DNA of 64,000 bases, from assembly GCA_963764195.1 (NCBI GenBank), contig CAVXRG010000011.1, positions 47,353-111,352 of the forward strand, given 5' to 3'. The notes under the pieces were generated by a model that saw only the letters and a list, made by a program, of their open reading frames with translations, searched no databases and was not told the DNA's origin. The DNA comes from an uncultured Actinomycetota bacterium. GTDB lineage: Bacteria; Actinomycetota; Actinomycetes; Actinomycetales; Dermatophilaceae. Shown piece by piece: positions 18,941 to 28,223 of this stretch; the first letter of the stretch is position 1, and every line of letters starts with the position of its first letter. A program made the translations under genes and the position numbers.

Positions 18941-20566
18941 ATGAACCGCCGGGAGTCAAGACGCGAAGGCGCCCCAACGCTGGGCGAGGAGATGCTCTGG
19001 GTGCTGCGCAACGCCCGGCTGCACGCCGCGGAGCCAGCCCTCCGGACCGGCGCCGGGTTCGCCGCCGGCGCGGGCCGCGCTGCCCCGGTGAACCGCTCGC
19101 AGATCGGCCGGTGGGAGCGGGGCGAGGTCGGGGTGACCTCCGAGCTCGTGCGCCGCTACGAGACGGTGCTCGCCCTCCCCGAGGGCCAGCTCGGCTGCCT
19201 GATGGACACCTTCGCCCGCGGTCACCACCCGGTGCGCTCGACGGCGGCGGTCCCCCTGCGCTCCGAGCCCGACGTCGACGAGACGCTCGAGCTGCTCGAG
19301 CGCGCCCTGTCCACCGAGCGGATGACCGGCCTGCAGTGGGACCGGCTCTCGGACAGCCTCGGCCGGATGCCGCACGTCCTCGTGCGCGCTCCCGACTGGG
19401 AGGGCCTCATCTCGCGGTGCCTGCACGAGCTCAACGTCAGTCTCCGCCTCGACTACGCCCAGCGCGCGGAGGCCGTTGCCCGTCTCGCGGGGCACCCCCG
19501 GAGCGGGCCCGTCGTGGCGCGGATGGCCGAGGAGATGATGGGAGACCCGGCGGCCCAGTTCTGGAGCGACACCGTCAGCCTGCTCCAGTTCACCGACCAT
19601 CCGGACGCGCTCCGGGTGCTGATGGCCCAGCTGCGGTCCCCGACGGGTGACGACGCGCTGCGTGCGTGCCTGCTCTCGCTCACCTCGCTCGTCCAGACCA
19701 GTGAGCTGCCCTCCGTCGCCGTCGCCGAGTCCGCCTCCCTCGCCCTCGGGCTGCTCCGGGACGAGGGCCTGCCCTACCGCGTCCACCGCGGCGCGGCCAA
19801 CCTGCTGCGCGCCGCCGGGGTGCCTCAGCCCGGGCGGCTCGCCCTCGCGCTGTCGAGCCAGGACCGCGCCTTCGCCGCCTCGATCCTGCTCGAGGGCCGG
19901 GCGGTCGCGCCCTCCCTCTACCGGGGCGCGCACAAGCGGATCCGTGCCCGGCTCGAGCGCCGACCCGGCTGGAGCGGCGAGCACGAGCCGGTGCTCGACG
20001 ACGTCATCCGCACCGCGCTCGCCGCCACCAACGAGGAGGACCGCTCCGTCGCCCTGACCATCCTGATGATCCTCCCGCAGGGCCACGACGTGGCGAGGGA
20101 GTATGCCGCGGAGCTGGCTCGCGGGTGCTTGGCCGCCGACCACGTCGCGGTCCAGGAGTGCCTCAGCGTCCTGTCGTGGCTGCAGGCCCCGGAGGACACG
20201 GCGCTCTTCCTCGACATGGCGATGTCGCCCGCGACCGCCCCCGACGTCGTCATGGAGCTCGGCTTCGTGCTGGGCAACGGGGCCGACCAGGTCGGGCCCG
20301 ACGACGCGCTCGCCCACCGCGTCGCCGCCCGGATCCGCGAGGTCGTCAGGGGCCCGGAGCGGCCCGGCGTGGCCGACCAGGTGCGCGGCCTCGTCTACGT
20401 CCTCGGGATGCGGGGCCACTTCGACCTCGTCGACGAGCTGTACGACGAGCTGTGCGACGAGGTGCCCGACGAGCCGGGCGGCTCACCGAACGCACACGCC
20501 GCGCGCACGAGCCTCCAGTGGTGGCGCGCGCTCCCGGCGCACATCCGGCCGATCCGCACGCCCTAG
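18941..20566 (+). CDS. HTH (XRE-like) domain protein with large alpha-helical repeat C-terminal region, function unknown
   Basis: ORF 18893..20566; either ATG (18941) or GTG (18893) could be the start. VNRSQIGRWERGEVGVTSELVRRYETVLALPEGQL is an XRE-type HTH. The remaining ~450 aa are Leu/Ala-rich helices without a motif I recognise. Confidence 0.55.
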   Translation: MNRRESRREGAPTLGEEMLWVLRNARLHAAEPALRTGAGFAAGAGRAAPVNRSQIGRWERGEVGVTSELVRRYETVLALPEGQLGCLMDTFARGHHPVRSTAAVPLRSEPDVDETLELLERALSTERMTGLQWDRLSDSLGRMPHVLVRAPDWEGLISRCLHELNVSLRLDYAQRAEAVARLAGHPRSGPVVARMAEEMMGDPAAQFWSDTVSLLQFTDHPDALRVLMAQLRSPTGDDALRACLLSLTSLVQTSELPSVAVAESASLALGLLRDEGLPYRVHRGAANLLRAAGVPQPGRLALALSSQDRAFAASILLEGRAVAPSLYRGAHKRIRARLERRPGWSGEHEPVLDDVIRTALAATNEEDRSVALTILMILPQGHDVAREYAAELARGCLAADHVAVQECLSVLSWLQAPEDTALFLDMAMSPATAPDVVMELGFVLGNGADQVGPDDALAHRVAARIREVVRGPERPGVADQVRGLVYVLGMRGHFDLVDELYDELCDEVPDEPGGSPNAHAARTSLQWWRALPAHIRPIRTP

Positions 20567-20575
20567 ATTGGGGGC

Positions 20576-21364
20576 GTGGACACCGACGCAGTGCTGACTC
20601 TGCTCAAGGAGGTTGCTGCGGAGGTCATCAACCCGCGGTTCCGCTCCCTGACCGGCGGCGAGATCCACGAGAAGAACCCCGGCGACCTCGTCACCGTCGC
20701 CGACCGCGAGGCCGAGGTGCTCATCACCGACGCCCTTATGCGGGCCTACCCCGACGCGGTCGTCCTCGGCGAGGAGGCCTATGCCGCCGACCCGGCGCTG
20801 ATGGAGCGCTACGTCGACGCGGATCACGCCTTCACCGTCGACCCCGTCGACGGCACGAAGAACTTCGTCCACGGCTCGCCCGACCACGCGGTGATGGTCG
20901 CCGAGACCCGCGGCGGCGCGACGGTCCGAGCGTGGATCTGGCAGCCACAGCACGAGCTCGGCTACGTGGCGGAGAAGGGGGCCGGCGCCTACCGCGACGG
21001 GGTCCGCCTCCACCGCGAGGTGCCCGAGGGCGACCTGCTCGTCGGCCGCACCTCTCGCCGTGACTGGATCGGGCGGTCCCTCGAGGGCCTGCCGGACATG
21101 GCCCTCACGTGGGTCTCCTGCGGCATCGACTACCCCAAGCTCGTCGAGGGCCAGACCGACTACGTCCTCTACCGCTCCGCCGCCCCGTGGGACCACGCGC
21201 CGGGCGCCCTGCTCGTCTCCGAGGCCGGCGGTCTCGTCGGCCAGTCCGACGGGTCGACCTACGGACCCCGCGACCAGCCGACCGGGGGTCTCGTCGCCGC
21301 CGCGAGCCCAGCGGCATACGACCGCGTCTGTCGCGCCCTCGCCGACGGCGGGCCCCCGCGCTGA
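20576..21364 (+). CDS. Inositol monophosphatase family protein
   Basis: 262-aa ORF with DPVDGTKNFVHG and WDHAPGALLVSEAGG. Confidence 0.85.
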   Translation: MDTDAVLTLLKEVAAEVINPRFRSLTGGEIHEKNPGDLVTVADREAEVLITDALMRAYPDAVVLGEEAYAADPALMERYVDADHAFTVDPVDGTKNFVHGSPDHAVMVAETRGGATVRAWIWQPQHELGYVAEKGAGAYRDGVRLHREVPEGDLLVGRTSRRDWIGRSLEGLPDMALTWVSCGIDYPKLVEGQTDYVLYRSAAPWDHAPGALLVSEAGGLVGQSDGSTYGPRDQPTGGLVAAASPAAYDRVCRALADGGPPR

Positions 21365-21476
21365 GCGGACGACCGGTTGTGACGTCGCCGGATCGGATAC
21401 GTTGAGGATGCAGGCGTTCCGTCGGGAGAAGGGACCCCGAGGACATTCACCGGGGTAAGACCGGAAGAGGTGCGGC

Positions 21477-21629
21477 ATGGAGTGGTGGGGCTGGTTGATC
21501 GTCGCGGTGGTCGTCATCGCAGTGCTCGTCGGGGCGGTGCTCGCCATCCAGGCTCGGCGTCGTCGTGGCGGGGTCATCGTCGACCGGGGCGGCAAGCCCT
21601 CCGGCGGCCGTCGTGGGGGCTCGTCATGA
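21477..21629 (+). CDS. 50-aa single-pass membrane peptide (not in ORF track)
   Basis: Own translation: ATG at 21477 gives MEWWGWLIVAVVVIAVLVGAVLAIQARRRRGGVIVDRGGKPSGGRRGGSS, with stop at 21627-21629. The stop overlaps the next ATG (ATGA at 21626-21629). Confidence 0.45.
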   Translation: MEWWGWLIVAVVVIAVLVGAVLAIQARRRRGGVIVDRGGKPSGGRRGGSS

Positions 21630-22213
21630 GCCGCCTCATGCGCACCAGTGAGATCACCAAGCGCCCCGTCGTGACCCTCGCGGGCTTCGACGTGGCCCAG
21701 ATCAAGGACGTCGTGTATGCCGCTGACGGTGGCTCCGTCCACGGGTTCACCCTCGCCGGCCGCGGGCTCTTCTCCGGACCGCGCTCGGAGGTCCTCACGT
21801 GGACGTCGGTCGCCGCGCTCGGCGCCGATGCGGTGATGATCGCCGACGAGAAGGCGCTGCGTGACCCCGCCAGCCTTTTCGGGTCGAGCGGCGCGCCGTC
21901 CTCGGCGCGTGCCGACGTGCTCGGGTCGCGCGTGCTCACCGACGCCGGGACCGACCTCGGGGTCGTCGTCGACGTCGTCGTCGAGGTGCACGGCGCCGGT
22001 GACGAGTGCGACGTCGTCGGCTACGAGATCGAGGCGTCCGAGGCGATGGAGAACAGCGGCACGCGGGTGCTCATGCCGCTGCCCGACACCATTGCGGCCT
22101 CGGGTGAGAACCTCATCGTCCCCGCCTCCGCGAAGGACTTCGTCCGTCACGACCTCGCCGGCTTCGGCGCCGCCGTCGAGGAGTTCCGTACCCAGCTGGC
22201 CGGAGGTCACTGA
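21626..22213 (+). CDS. PRC-barrel domain protein (two barrel-like halves)
   Basis: ORF 21470..22213 trimmed to ATG at 21626 (MSRLMRTSEITKRPVVTLAGFDVAQIKDVVY...). The second half, VLGSRVLTDAGTDLGVVVDVVVE, repeats the pattern. Confidence 0.65.
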   Translation: MSRLMRTSEITKRPVVTLAGFDVAQIKDVVYAADGGSVHGFTLAGRGLFSGPRSEVLTWTSVAALGADAVMIADEKALRDPASLFGSSGAPSSARADVLGSRVLTDAGTDLGVVVDVVVEVHGAGDECDVVGYEIEASEAMENSGTRVLMPLPDTIAASGENLIVPASAKDFVRHDLAGFGAAVEEFRTQLAGGH

Positions 22214-22644
22214 TGCTCTTCTCGCAGACCCGCAAGCACAAGATCGTCGCGACGGGCTCGGCCGAGACGGTCGGCAAGGTCAAGGGATTCGTCGTCGACC
22301 CGACCTCGCGCTCCGTCGTCGCGCTGAGGGTCAAGGGCCACAAGGGCGGCGACACGCTGCACTGGGCCGACGTCGCCACCGTGGGTTCCGACGCCGTCAC
22401 GGTCGCCGCGCCCGACGCGGTCAAGGACGCGAGCCAGGCCGTGAGCGACCTCGGCGGCAAGGACAACACGATGGTCGACAAGCGGGTCCTGTCGACCGTC
22501 GGCGACGAGTTGGGGGTCGTCACCGACGTCGAGTTCGACGGGTCGACCGGGGCGATCACCTACCTGATGGTCGATGGCGCCCCGGTCCCCGCCGAGCGCC
22601 TCGTCGGGGTCGGCTCGTGGGCCGTCGTGGTGCGCACGGCCTGA
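22213..22644 (+). CDS. PRC-barrel-like protein
   Basis: 143-aa ORF whose start overlaps the previous stop (TGATG). KIVATGSAETVGKVKGFVVDP...VLSTVGDELGVVTDVEFD. Confidence 0.6.
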   Translation: MLFSQTRKHKIVATGSAETVGKVKGFVVDPTSRSVVALRVKGHKGGDTLHWADVATVGSDAVTVAAPDAVKDASQAVSDLGGKDNTMVDKRVLSTVGDELGVVTDVEFDGSTGAITYLMVDGAPVPAERLVGVGSWAVVVRTA

Positions 22645-22665
22645 CCAGACGGTCCCGGCCGGCGG

Positions 22666-23247
22666 TCAGGGGCTCTCGGAGGCCTTCTTCGACGCAGCCC
22701 CGTCGCCCCGCCCCGAGGAGTCCGACCCTGCTGCCTGGTGGTCCTCGACGTAGGACTCGGGGTCCTTGTCCTCGGGCGTGATGCCGGACGCCGCCTTGAG
22801 CGACTCGTAGCGGATGAAGCTCACGCCGATCTCGTGCCGCAGCTGGAGGTCGGCCTGCTGACGGAAGTCGGCGAGGTCCTGTCGCTCCTCCTCGCCCATG
22901 TGGTCGCTGTTGTGCGTGTTGGCGTCGATGACGGCCGTCCACCACTCGTCGGAGCCGGTCTCGGCGTCGCCCACCTTGCGCACGGCCTCGCGGATCTCGT
23001 TGTGGTCCTTGACCGCGTCCTCGACCTCCTCCGTCACGGACTCCGCGTCGGCGGCGCCGGTGCCGAGCTTGAGCAGCTCGGGGTAGAAGTACCTCTCCTC
23101 CGCCTCGGCATGCGTCTCGAGCAGGATCGCGAGGCGGGTCCAGAGGGCAGCCAGGCCCTCGTGGTCGTCGCGGGGCCACTCCTCGAGCATGGCAAACATC
23201 CGCCGCTGCTCGACGTGCTGGTGCAGGATGATCTCGGTGATGTCCAT
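22666..23247 (-). CDS. Hemerythrin HHE cation-binding domain protein
   Basis: ORF 22666..23658 trimmed to ATG at 23247 (MDITEIILHQHVEQRRMF). Also HAEAEERYFYPEL, DHNEIREA and HMGEEERQDL. Confidence 0.75.
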   Translation of the reverse strand: MDITEIILHQHVEQRRMFAMLEEWPRDDHEGLAALWTRLAILLETHAEAEERYFYPELLKLGTGAADAESVTEEVEDAVKDHNEIREAVRKVGDAETGSDEWWTAVIDANTHNSDHMGEEERQDLADFRQQADLQLRHEIGVSFIRYESLKAASGITPEDKDPESYVEDHQAAGSDSSGRGDGAASKKASESP

Positions 23248-23331
23248 ACGTCTCTCCGTCTCTCCATCTCGTCGGGGGTCAGGCCACCACTCTCCACCAC
23301 CGGTCGTCGCTGCACGAGAGGAGCCCCCCAC

Positions 23332-23776
23332 ATGAGTGAGACATCGAGTGAGACAGCGAGCGAGCACGCCCCGGCCGAGGTGGAGCGACCGACGTTCGGG
23401 TCGTTCGCGCTCGACTGCGCCGACCCCCGGGGCGTGGCGCACTTCTACGCCGACCTGCTCGGCGGGACGGTCGAGGACGACGGCGACCCGGACAGCGACT
23501 GGTTCACGGTGCGGTGGGACGGACCCGACCTCGCCACCCAGCTCGCGCCCGGCCACGTGTCGCCGGGCTGGCCCGTGGGGCCAGCAGCAGGCCCACCTCG
23601 ACCTCAAGGTCGCCGACATCGCGGCCGCGCACGAGCGGGTGCTCGCCCTCGGCGGCACGGCCCTCGACCCGGTGGAGCGGCCGGAGCCGGGGCCGCAGCG
23701 CGGTTTTCGGGTCTACGCGGACCCCGCCGGGCACCCGTTCTGCCTGTGTCGCCCGAGCGCCGACGCCTGGGGCTGA
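23332..23776 (+). pseudogene. VOC/glyoxalase-family gene interrupted by a 1-nt frameshift near 23575-23582
   Basis: The N-terminal half (MSETS...FGSFALDCADPRGVAHFYADLLGGTVED...GHVSPGWPVG) is in the frame of ORF 22738..23886. The C-terminal half (QQQAHLDLKVADIAAAHERVLALGGTALDP...FRVYADPAGHPFCLC) is in the frame of ORF 23336..23776. The junction is ggctggcccgtggggccagcagcag. Confidence 0.6.
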
Positions 23777-24733
23777 TCAGTAGCCCGCCTGGTCGAGGGC
23801 CTCGGTCGTCAGCTGCCGCCCGAGCTCGATCATCTCGGCGGCCCGGTGGAAGTCGAGGGTGCGCACGGCATTCGACGGCACGGTGACGAGGACGTCCGGA
23901 GGGTTGCTCGCCATCCGGTAGCGGGAGATGAGCGCGCTCATCGTGTCGAACGACATGGTCAGCAGGTCGACGACGCCGATCTCGGTCGGGGAGGCGGCGG
24001 GGGCCACCTCGTCGAGGTCGCGCCGGTGACCCACCGAGAAGCGGTTGGTGATGGCCCGCACCCGCTCGGACTCGAGGACGTCGGCGGTGCTGCGCCGCAG
24101 CCTCGTCGTCCAGTCCTCGAGGGCGCCGGGCTCCGACGAGGTCCGAAGTGGCGTGGAGGTGCCGCTCGGGCTGCGCATCCCCGACAGGGAGACCGCGATG
24201 GTGAGGTCGGCGTTGGCCGCGGCGGTCGGCTCGATCGGCACGGGGTTGATGAGGCCGCCGTCGACGAGCAGGCGTCCGTTGATGCTGATCGGGGTGATCA
24301 CGCCCGGGATGGCGATCGAGGCGCGGATCGCCTGCACGACAGGACCGCGCTGGAACCACACCTCGCGGCGGGCGTTGAGGTCGGTCGCGACCGCCGTGTA
24401 CGGCACGGGCAGGTCCTCGATGGCGACGCCGTCGAGGATCTCACCGACCTTGGCGATGATGCGCTCGGCCCGGATCGCGCCGCCCACGGTCGAGAGGCTG
24501 AGGTCGAGCAGGCGCCACACCTCGCGCTGGGTGAGGCTGAGGGCCCACTCGGTGTAGGCCTCGAGGCGCCCGGCGGCTGCCACCCCGCCGACGAGGGCAC
24601 CCATCGACGTGCCTGCGAGGGAGGCGATCTCGAAGCCGCGCTCGGAGATGACCTGGAGGGCCCCGATGTGGGCGTAACCGCGCGCCCCACCCGAGCCGAG
24701 AACCACTGCCGCCTGCCGTCCCTGCGCCACCAT
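23777..24733 (-). CDS. Patatin-like phospholipase
   Basis: ORF 23777..24769; the likely start is ATG 24733. GSGGARGYAHIGAL (oxyanion Gly-rich), GTSMGA (GxSxG) and DGGLINPVP (catalytic Asp). Confidence 0.85.
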   Translation of the reverse strand: MVAQGRQAAVVLGSGGARGYAHIGALQVISERGFEIASLAGTSMGALVGGVAAAGRLEAYTEWALSLTQREVWRLLDLSLSTVGGAIRAERIIAKVGEILDGVAIEDLPVPYTAVATDLNARREVWFQRGPVVQAIRASIAIPGVITPISINGRLLVDGGLINPVPIEPTAAANADLTIAVSLSGMRSPSGTSTPLRTSSEPGALEDWTTRLRRSTADVLESERVRAITNRFSVGHRRDLDEVAPAASPTEIGVVDLLTMSFDTMSALISRYRMASNPPDVLVTVPSNAVRTLDFHRAAEMIELGRQLTTEALDQAGY

Positions 24734-24811
24734 CCGAGAGTAGCCACTCGGCGACTCGCGCCCGTCCAACCCTTGCGCGATCGACCCGGGCTGTGGTTCA
24801 TTGGAGCGTGA

Positions 24812-24825
24812 TGTAAGCGCTTACA
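24812..24825. promoter_or_regulatory. Perfect 14-bp palindrome TGTAAGCGCTTACA, LacI/GalR-type operator
   Basis: Read directly, 53 nt upstream of the LacI gene ATG (24878). It fits the TGnAAnCGnTTnCA operator architecture. Confidence 0.55.
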
Positions 24826-24877
24826 CATCGGCGCAACGCATCGATTCCTCTCAACGACGAGACCGGAAGGGCGTGAC

Positions 24878-25903
24878 ATGGCGAAGGCACCGCAGCGGGC
24901 GACCGGTCCGACGATCTACTCCGTGGCCGACCTCGCCGGGGTCTCGATCGCGACCGTGTCGCGGGTCCTGCAGGGGTCGAACGCCGTGTCGCCGGCCTCG
25001 CGACAGAAGGTCCTCGACGCCGTCGACCAGCTCGACTACGTGCCGGTCGGTGCGGCCCGCAGCCTCGCCGTGCGCCACCACGAGGCACTTGGTCTCGTCC
25101 TGCCCGAGCTGAGCGGTCCGTACTACGCCGAGCTGCTGATGGGCTTCGAGTCCCGCGCCGCCGAGCTCGGCCACAGCGTCATCCTGCTGCTCGCCGAGGG
25201 CAAGGACGACCTGCCCAGGGCCGTGCGCCAGCTCACCACCCGCGTCGACGCCCTCGCCGTGCTGGGTGGGACGGCGATGGCCCCCGCCATGGCCAAGGTG
25301 CTGCGCGGCAAGAAGCCCGTCGTCGTCATCGCCGGCTCGGCCGCGGACGACATCGAGAACGTCATGGCCGAGAGCCGGCGCAGCGCAGAGCAGCTCACCC
25401 TGCACGTCCTCGACCACGGACGGTCACGGCTGCTCTTCGTCGGTGACCCCGGGGTCGCGCCCGACATCGCCGGGCGCTACGCCGGCTTCGTCGCCGCCCA
25501 CGTCTCCCGCGGGCTCGATGCCGCAGAGCCGGTGCGGGTCGCCTACCGCGAGTCCGCCGGCCCGGAGGTGGCCGAGGCGATCCTGGCTGGGACCCTCGTC
25601 ACCGACGCCCTCGTCTGCGCCAACGACGAGCTGGCCCTGTCGATCATGGCGTGCCTGCTCGATGCCGGTCGCGAGGTGCCGGGCGACCTTGCGGTCGTCG
25701 GCTGGGACGACGTGATGACGGCCCGCTACGTCCGCCCGGGCCTCACCACGGTCCGGCAGCCCGTCCGCGACCTCGGGTCGCTGGCCGCCGGCCGCCTGCA
25801 CGAACGGCTGGCCGGTGACCCCGCCGACCCGGACGACCACGTCCTGCCCACGGAGCTCGTCTTCCGCCAGTCGTGCGGCTGCGTCCAGCCGCCACGCCTC
25901 TGA
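24878..25903 (+). CDS. LacI-family transcriptional regulator
   Basis: 341-aa ORF. TIYSVADLAGVSIATVSRVLQGSNAVSPASRQKVLDAVDQLDYVPVGAARSL. Confidence 0.9.
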   Translation: MAKAPQRATGPTIYSVADLAGVSIATVSRVLQGSNAVSPASRQKVLDAVDQLDYVPVGAARSLAVRHHEALGLVLPELSGPYYAELLMGFESRAAELGHSVILLLAEGKDDLPRAVRQLTTRVDALAVLGGTAMAPAMAKVLRGKKPVVVIAGSAADDIENVMAESRRSAEQLTLHVLDHGRSRLLFVGDPGVAPDIAGRYAGFVAAHVSRGLDAAEPVRVAYRESAGPEVAEAILAGTLVTDALVCANDELALSIMACLLDAGREVPGDLAVVGWDDVMTARYVRPGLTTVRQPVRDLGSLAAGRLHERLAGDPADPDDHVLPTELVFRQSCGCVQPPRL

Positions 25904-25982
25904 TGACCCGGACACCCTCGACCCCCGCACATGGCCGCCGGCTGCCCCCGGCCGCGCAGCACACCCCCTCAGAAAGTGAGAA

Positions 25983-27260
25983 ATGATGAGACGCACCACA
26001 GCCATCACCGTGGCCTGCCTGACCGCGACGGCCTTGACCGTCAGCGCCTGCGGACGTGGAGACGGAGGCGCGACGGGCGCCGCCGAGACCGGCGCGGCCG
26101 TCAGCACCGGCGCCGCCAAGGGCACCATCACCGTGTGGGCGATGGGAGCCGAGGGCGAGAAGCTGCCCGACCTCGCCAAGGACTTCGAGGCCGCCAACCC
26201 CGGCGTGAAGATCAACGTCACCGCGATCCCGTGGGACTCCGCGCACGACAAGTTCACGACCGCGATCACCGCCAACAAGACGCCTGACGTCGCGATGGTG
26301 GGCACGACGTGGATGGGCGAGTTCGCGGGGCTCGACGCCCTCGACCCGACGCCCCCGTCGATCGACCAGTCCGCCTTCTTCCCGGGCGCCCAGAAGACGA
26401 CCGAGGTCAACGGCACCTCCTTCGGCATCCCCTGGTACGTGGAGACCCGCGTGCTCTTCTACCGCAGCGACCTCGCCAAGAAAGCCGGCTTCGACAGCGC
26501 CCCCACCGACTGGGACGGCCTCAAGAGCATGGCCAAGGCCATGCAGACCAAGGCCGGCGCGAAGTGGGGCATCGGCCTGCAGGCCGGCGGCACCGGATCC
26601 TGGCAGTCGATCATGCCGTTCGCCTGGTCCGACGGCGCCGAGCTGACGCAGGGTGACAAGTACACCTTCGACACCCCGCCGATGCTCGAGGCGGTGAAGT
26701 ACTACCAGTCCTTCTTCACCGACGGCATCGCCAACAAGTCCGCCCCGGCGACCCCGACGACCGAGCCCGACTTCGCCAGCGGCAAGGTGCCGATGTTCAT
26801 CTCCGGCCCGTGGATGATGTCCGCGGTCGAGAAGGTCGGCGGTGCGGGCTTCAAGGACAAGTACAACGTCGCGAAGATCCCGGCCAAGAAGGACTCCTCC
26901 TCCTTCGTCGGCGGCTCCAACCTCGCCGTCTTCAAGAACACCCAGAACCGGGACGCGTCGTGGAAGTTCGTCCAGTGGCTCGCGGACCCCAAGGTCCAGG
27001 CCAAGTGGTACGGCATGTCCACCGACCTGCCCTCGGTCCAGAGCGCGTGGAAGGACCCCGCGCTCGCGAGCGACAAGAAGCTCGCGGTCTTCGGTGACCA
27101 GCTGACGACCGCCAAGGCTCCGCCGTCGTTCTCGACGTGGGAGCAGGTCATCGCCTCCTTCGACAACGAGATGGAGAAGGTGACCAAGACCGGGTCGGAC
27201 CCGGCCGCCGCGCTGAAGACGGTGCAGCAGCAGGCCGACTCCATCGGGACGGGCCAGTAG
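25983..27260 (+). CDS. Extracellular sugar-binding lipoprotein of ABC transporter
   Basis: 425-aa ORF. The lipobox is MMRRTTAITVACLTATALTVSAC. The family-1 binding-protein pattern WAMGAEGEKL...TAIPWD is present. Confidence 0.85.
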   Translation: MMRRTTAITVACLTATALTVSACGRGDGGATGAAETGAAVSTGAAKGTITVWAMGAEGEKLPDLAKDFEAANPGVKINVTAIPWDSAHDKFTTAITANKTPDVAMVGTTWMGEFAGLDALDPTPPSIDQSAFFPGAQKTTEVNGTSFGIPWYVETRVLFYRSDLAKKAGFDSAPTDWDGLKSMAKAMQTKAGAKWGIGLQAGGTGSWQSIMPFAWSDGAELTQGDKYTFDTPPMLEAVKYYQSFFTDGIANKSAPATPTTEPDFASGKVPMFISGPWMMSAVEKVGGAGFKDKYNVAKIPAKKDSSSFVGGSNLAVFKNTQNRDASWKFVQWLADPKVQAKWYGMSTDLPSVQSAWKDPALASDKKLAVFGDQLTTAKAPPSFSTWEQVIASFDNEMEKVTKTGSDPAAALKTVQQQADSIGTGQ

Positions 27261-27263
27261 GTC

Positions 27264-28220
27264 ATGTCCGCCCCGAGCACCGCCGTCGCCGCGTCCCCAC
27301 CGGGACGGGACGAGCGGCACGCGCCCCGCCGGCCGGCTGGGAAGCCCGTCCGGCGGGAGGCGCGGGCCGCGTGGATCCTCGCGATCCCGTTCTGCCTGCT
27401 CTTCCTCACCTTCACGGCGTGGCCGGTCGTCCAGTCGCTCTTCATGTCCTTCACCGACACCGGGGCCAAGGACCTGCGGGACCCGTTCGGGGTCAACCTC
27501 ATCGGGCTCGACAACTTCACCCGCGCCCTCGGCGACCCCATCTTCCGCAAGGCGGCCGTCAACACGGCATACTTCGTCCTCGTCGGTATGCCGCTCACCC
27601 TCCTGATCGCCCTCGCCGCGGCCGTCGCGCTCGACAAGGGGATCACCCGCTTCCGGTCGGTCTTCCGGCTCGGCTTCTACACGCCGGTCATCACCTCGAT
27701 CGTCGCCGTGGCCGTCGTCTGGCGCTTCCTCCTGCAGGACCCGGGTGGCCTGATCAACACCGCGCTCGGCTGGGTCGGGATCACCGGTCCGAACTGGCTC
27801 GGCGACCCCCACTGGTCGATGCCGGCGCTGATCATGATGGCGTCGTGGCGCAACTTCGGCACCGCGATGATCATCTTCCTCGCCGGCCTGCAGGGCGTGC
27901 CGCAGTCCCTGCACGAGGCGGCCGCGATCGACGGAGCCGGCTCCTGGCAGCGCTTCCGCCACGTGACGCTCCCCCTGCTGCGACCGACGATGCTCTTCGT
28001 CTCGGTGACGACGGCGATCGGATACCTCCAGTTCTTCGAGGAGCCCTTCGTCATGACGCGGGGCGGCCCGCTCAACAGCACCGTCTCGGTCTCGATGGCC
28101 ACCTACAACCAGTTCGGCTTCGGCAACTACGGCTACGCGTCCGCGATGAGCTACCTCATCTTCATCGTCATCGCCATCGTCACCGCCGTGCAGTTCCGGC
28201 TGCTCCGAGAGAGGACCTGA
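27264..28220 (+). CDS. Carbohydrate ABC transporter permease (MalF-like)
   Basis: 318-aa ORF. The EAA loop is LHEAAAIDGAGSWQRFRHVTLPLLRPTM. Confidence 0.9.
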   Translation: MSAPSTAVAASPPGRDERHAPRRPAGKPVRREARAAWILAIPFCLLFLTFTAWPVVQSLFMSFTDTGAKDLRDPFGVNLIGLDNFTRALGDPIFRKAAVNTAYFVLVGMPLTLLIALAAAVALDKGITRFRSVFRLGFYTPVITSIVAVAVVWRFLLQDPGGLINTALGWVGITGPNWLGDPHWSMPALIMMASWRNFGTAMIIFLAGLQGVPQSLHEAAAIDGAGSWQRFRHVTLPLLRPTMLFVSVTTAIGYLQFFEEPFVMTRGGPLNSTVSVSMATYNQFGFGNYGYASAMSYLIFIVIAIVTAVQFRLLRERT

Positions 28221-28223
28221 CCG

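Noticed and set aside
8571-22210. Other long ORFs in the track (for example 8571..10451 +, 18956..20419 -, 20483..22210 -, 15339..16544 -, 44567..45640 +, 45760..47307 +, 56929..58608 +)
   Set aside because: Each lies opposite or out of frame to a gene with clear family motifs. High-GC genomes lack stop codons in non-coding frames, so length alone is not evidence.
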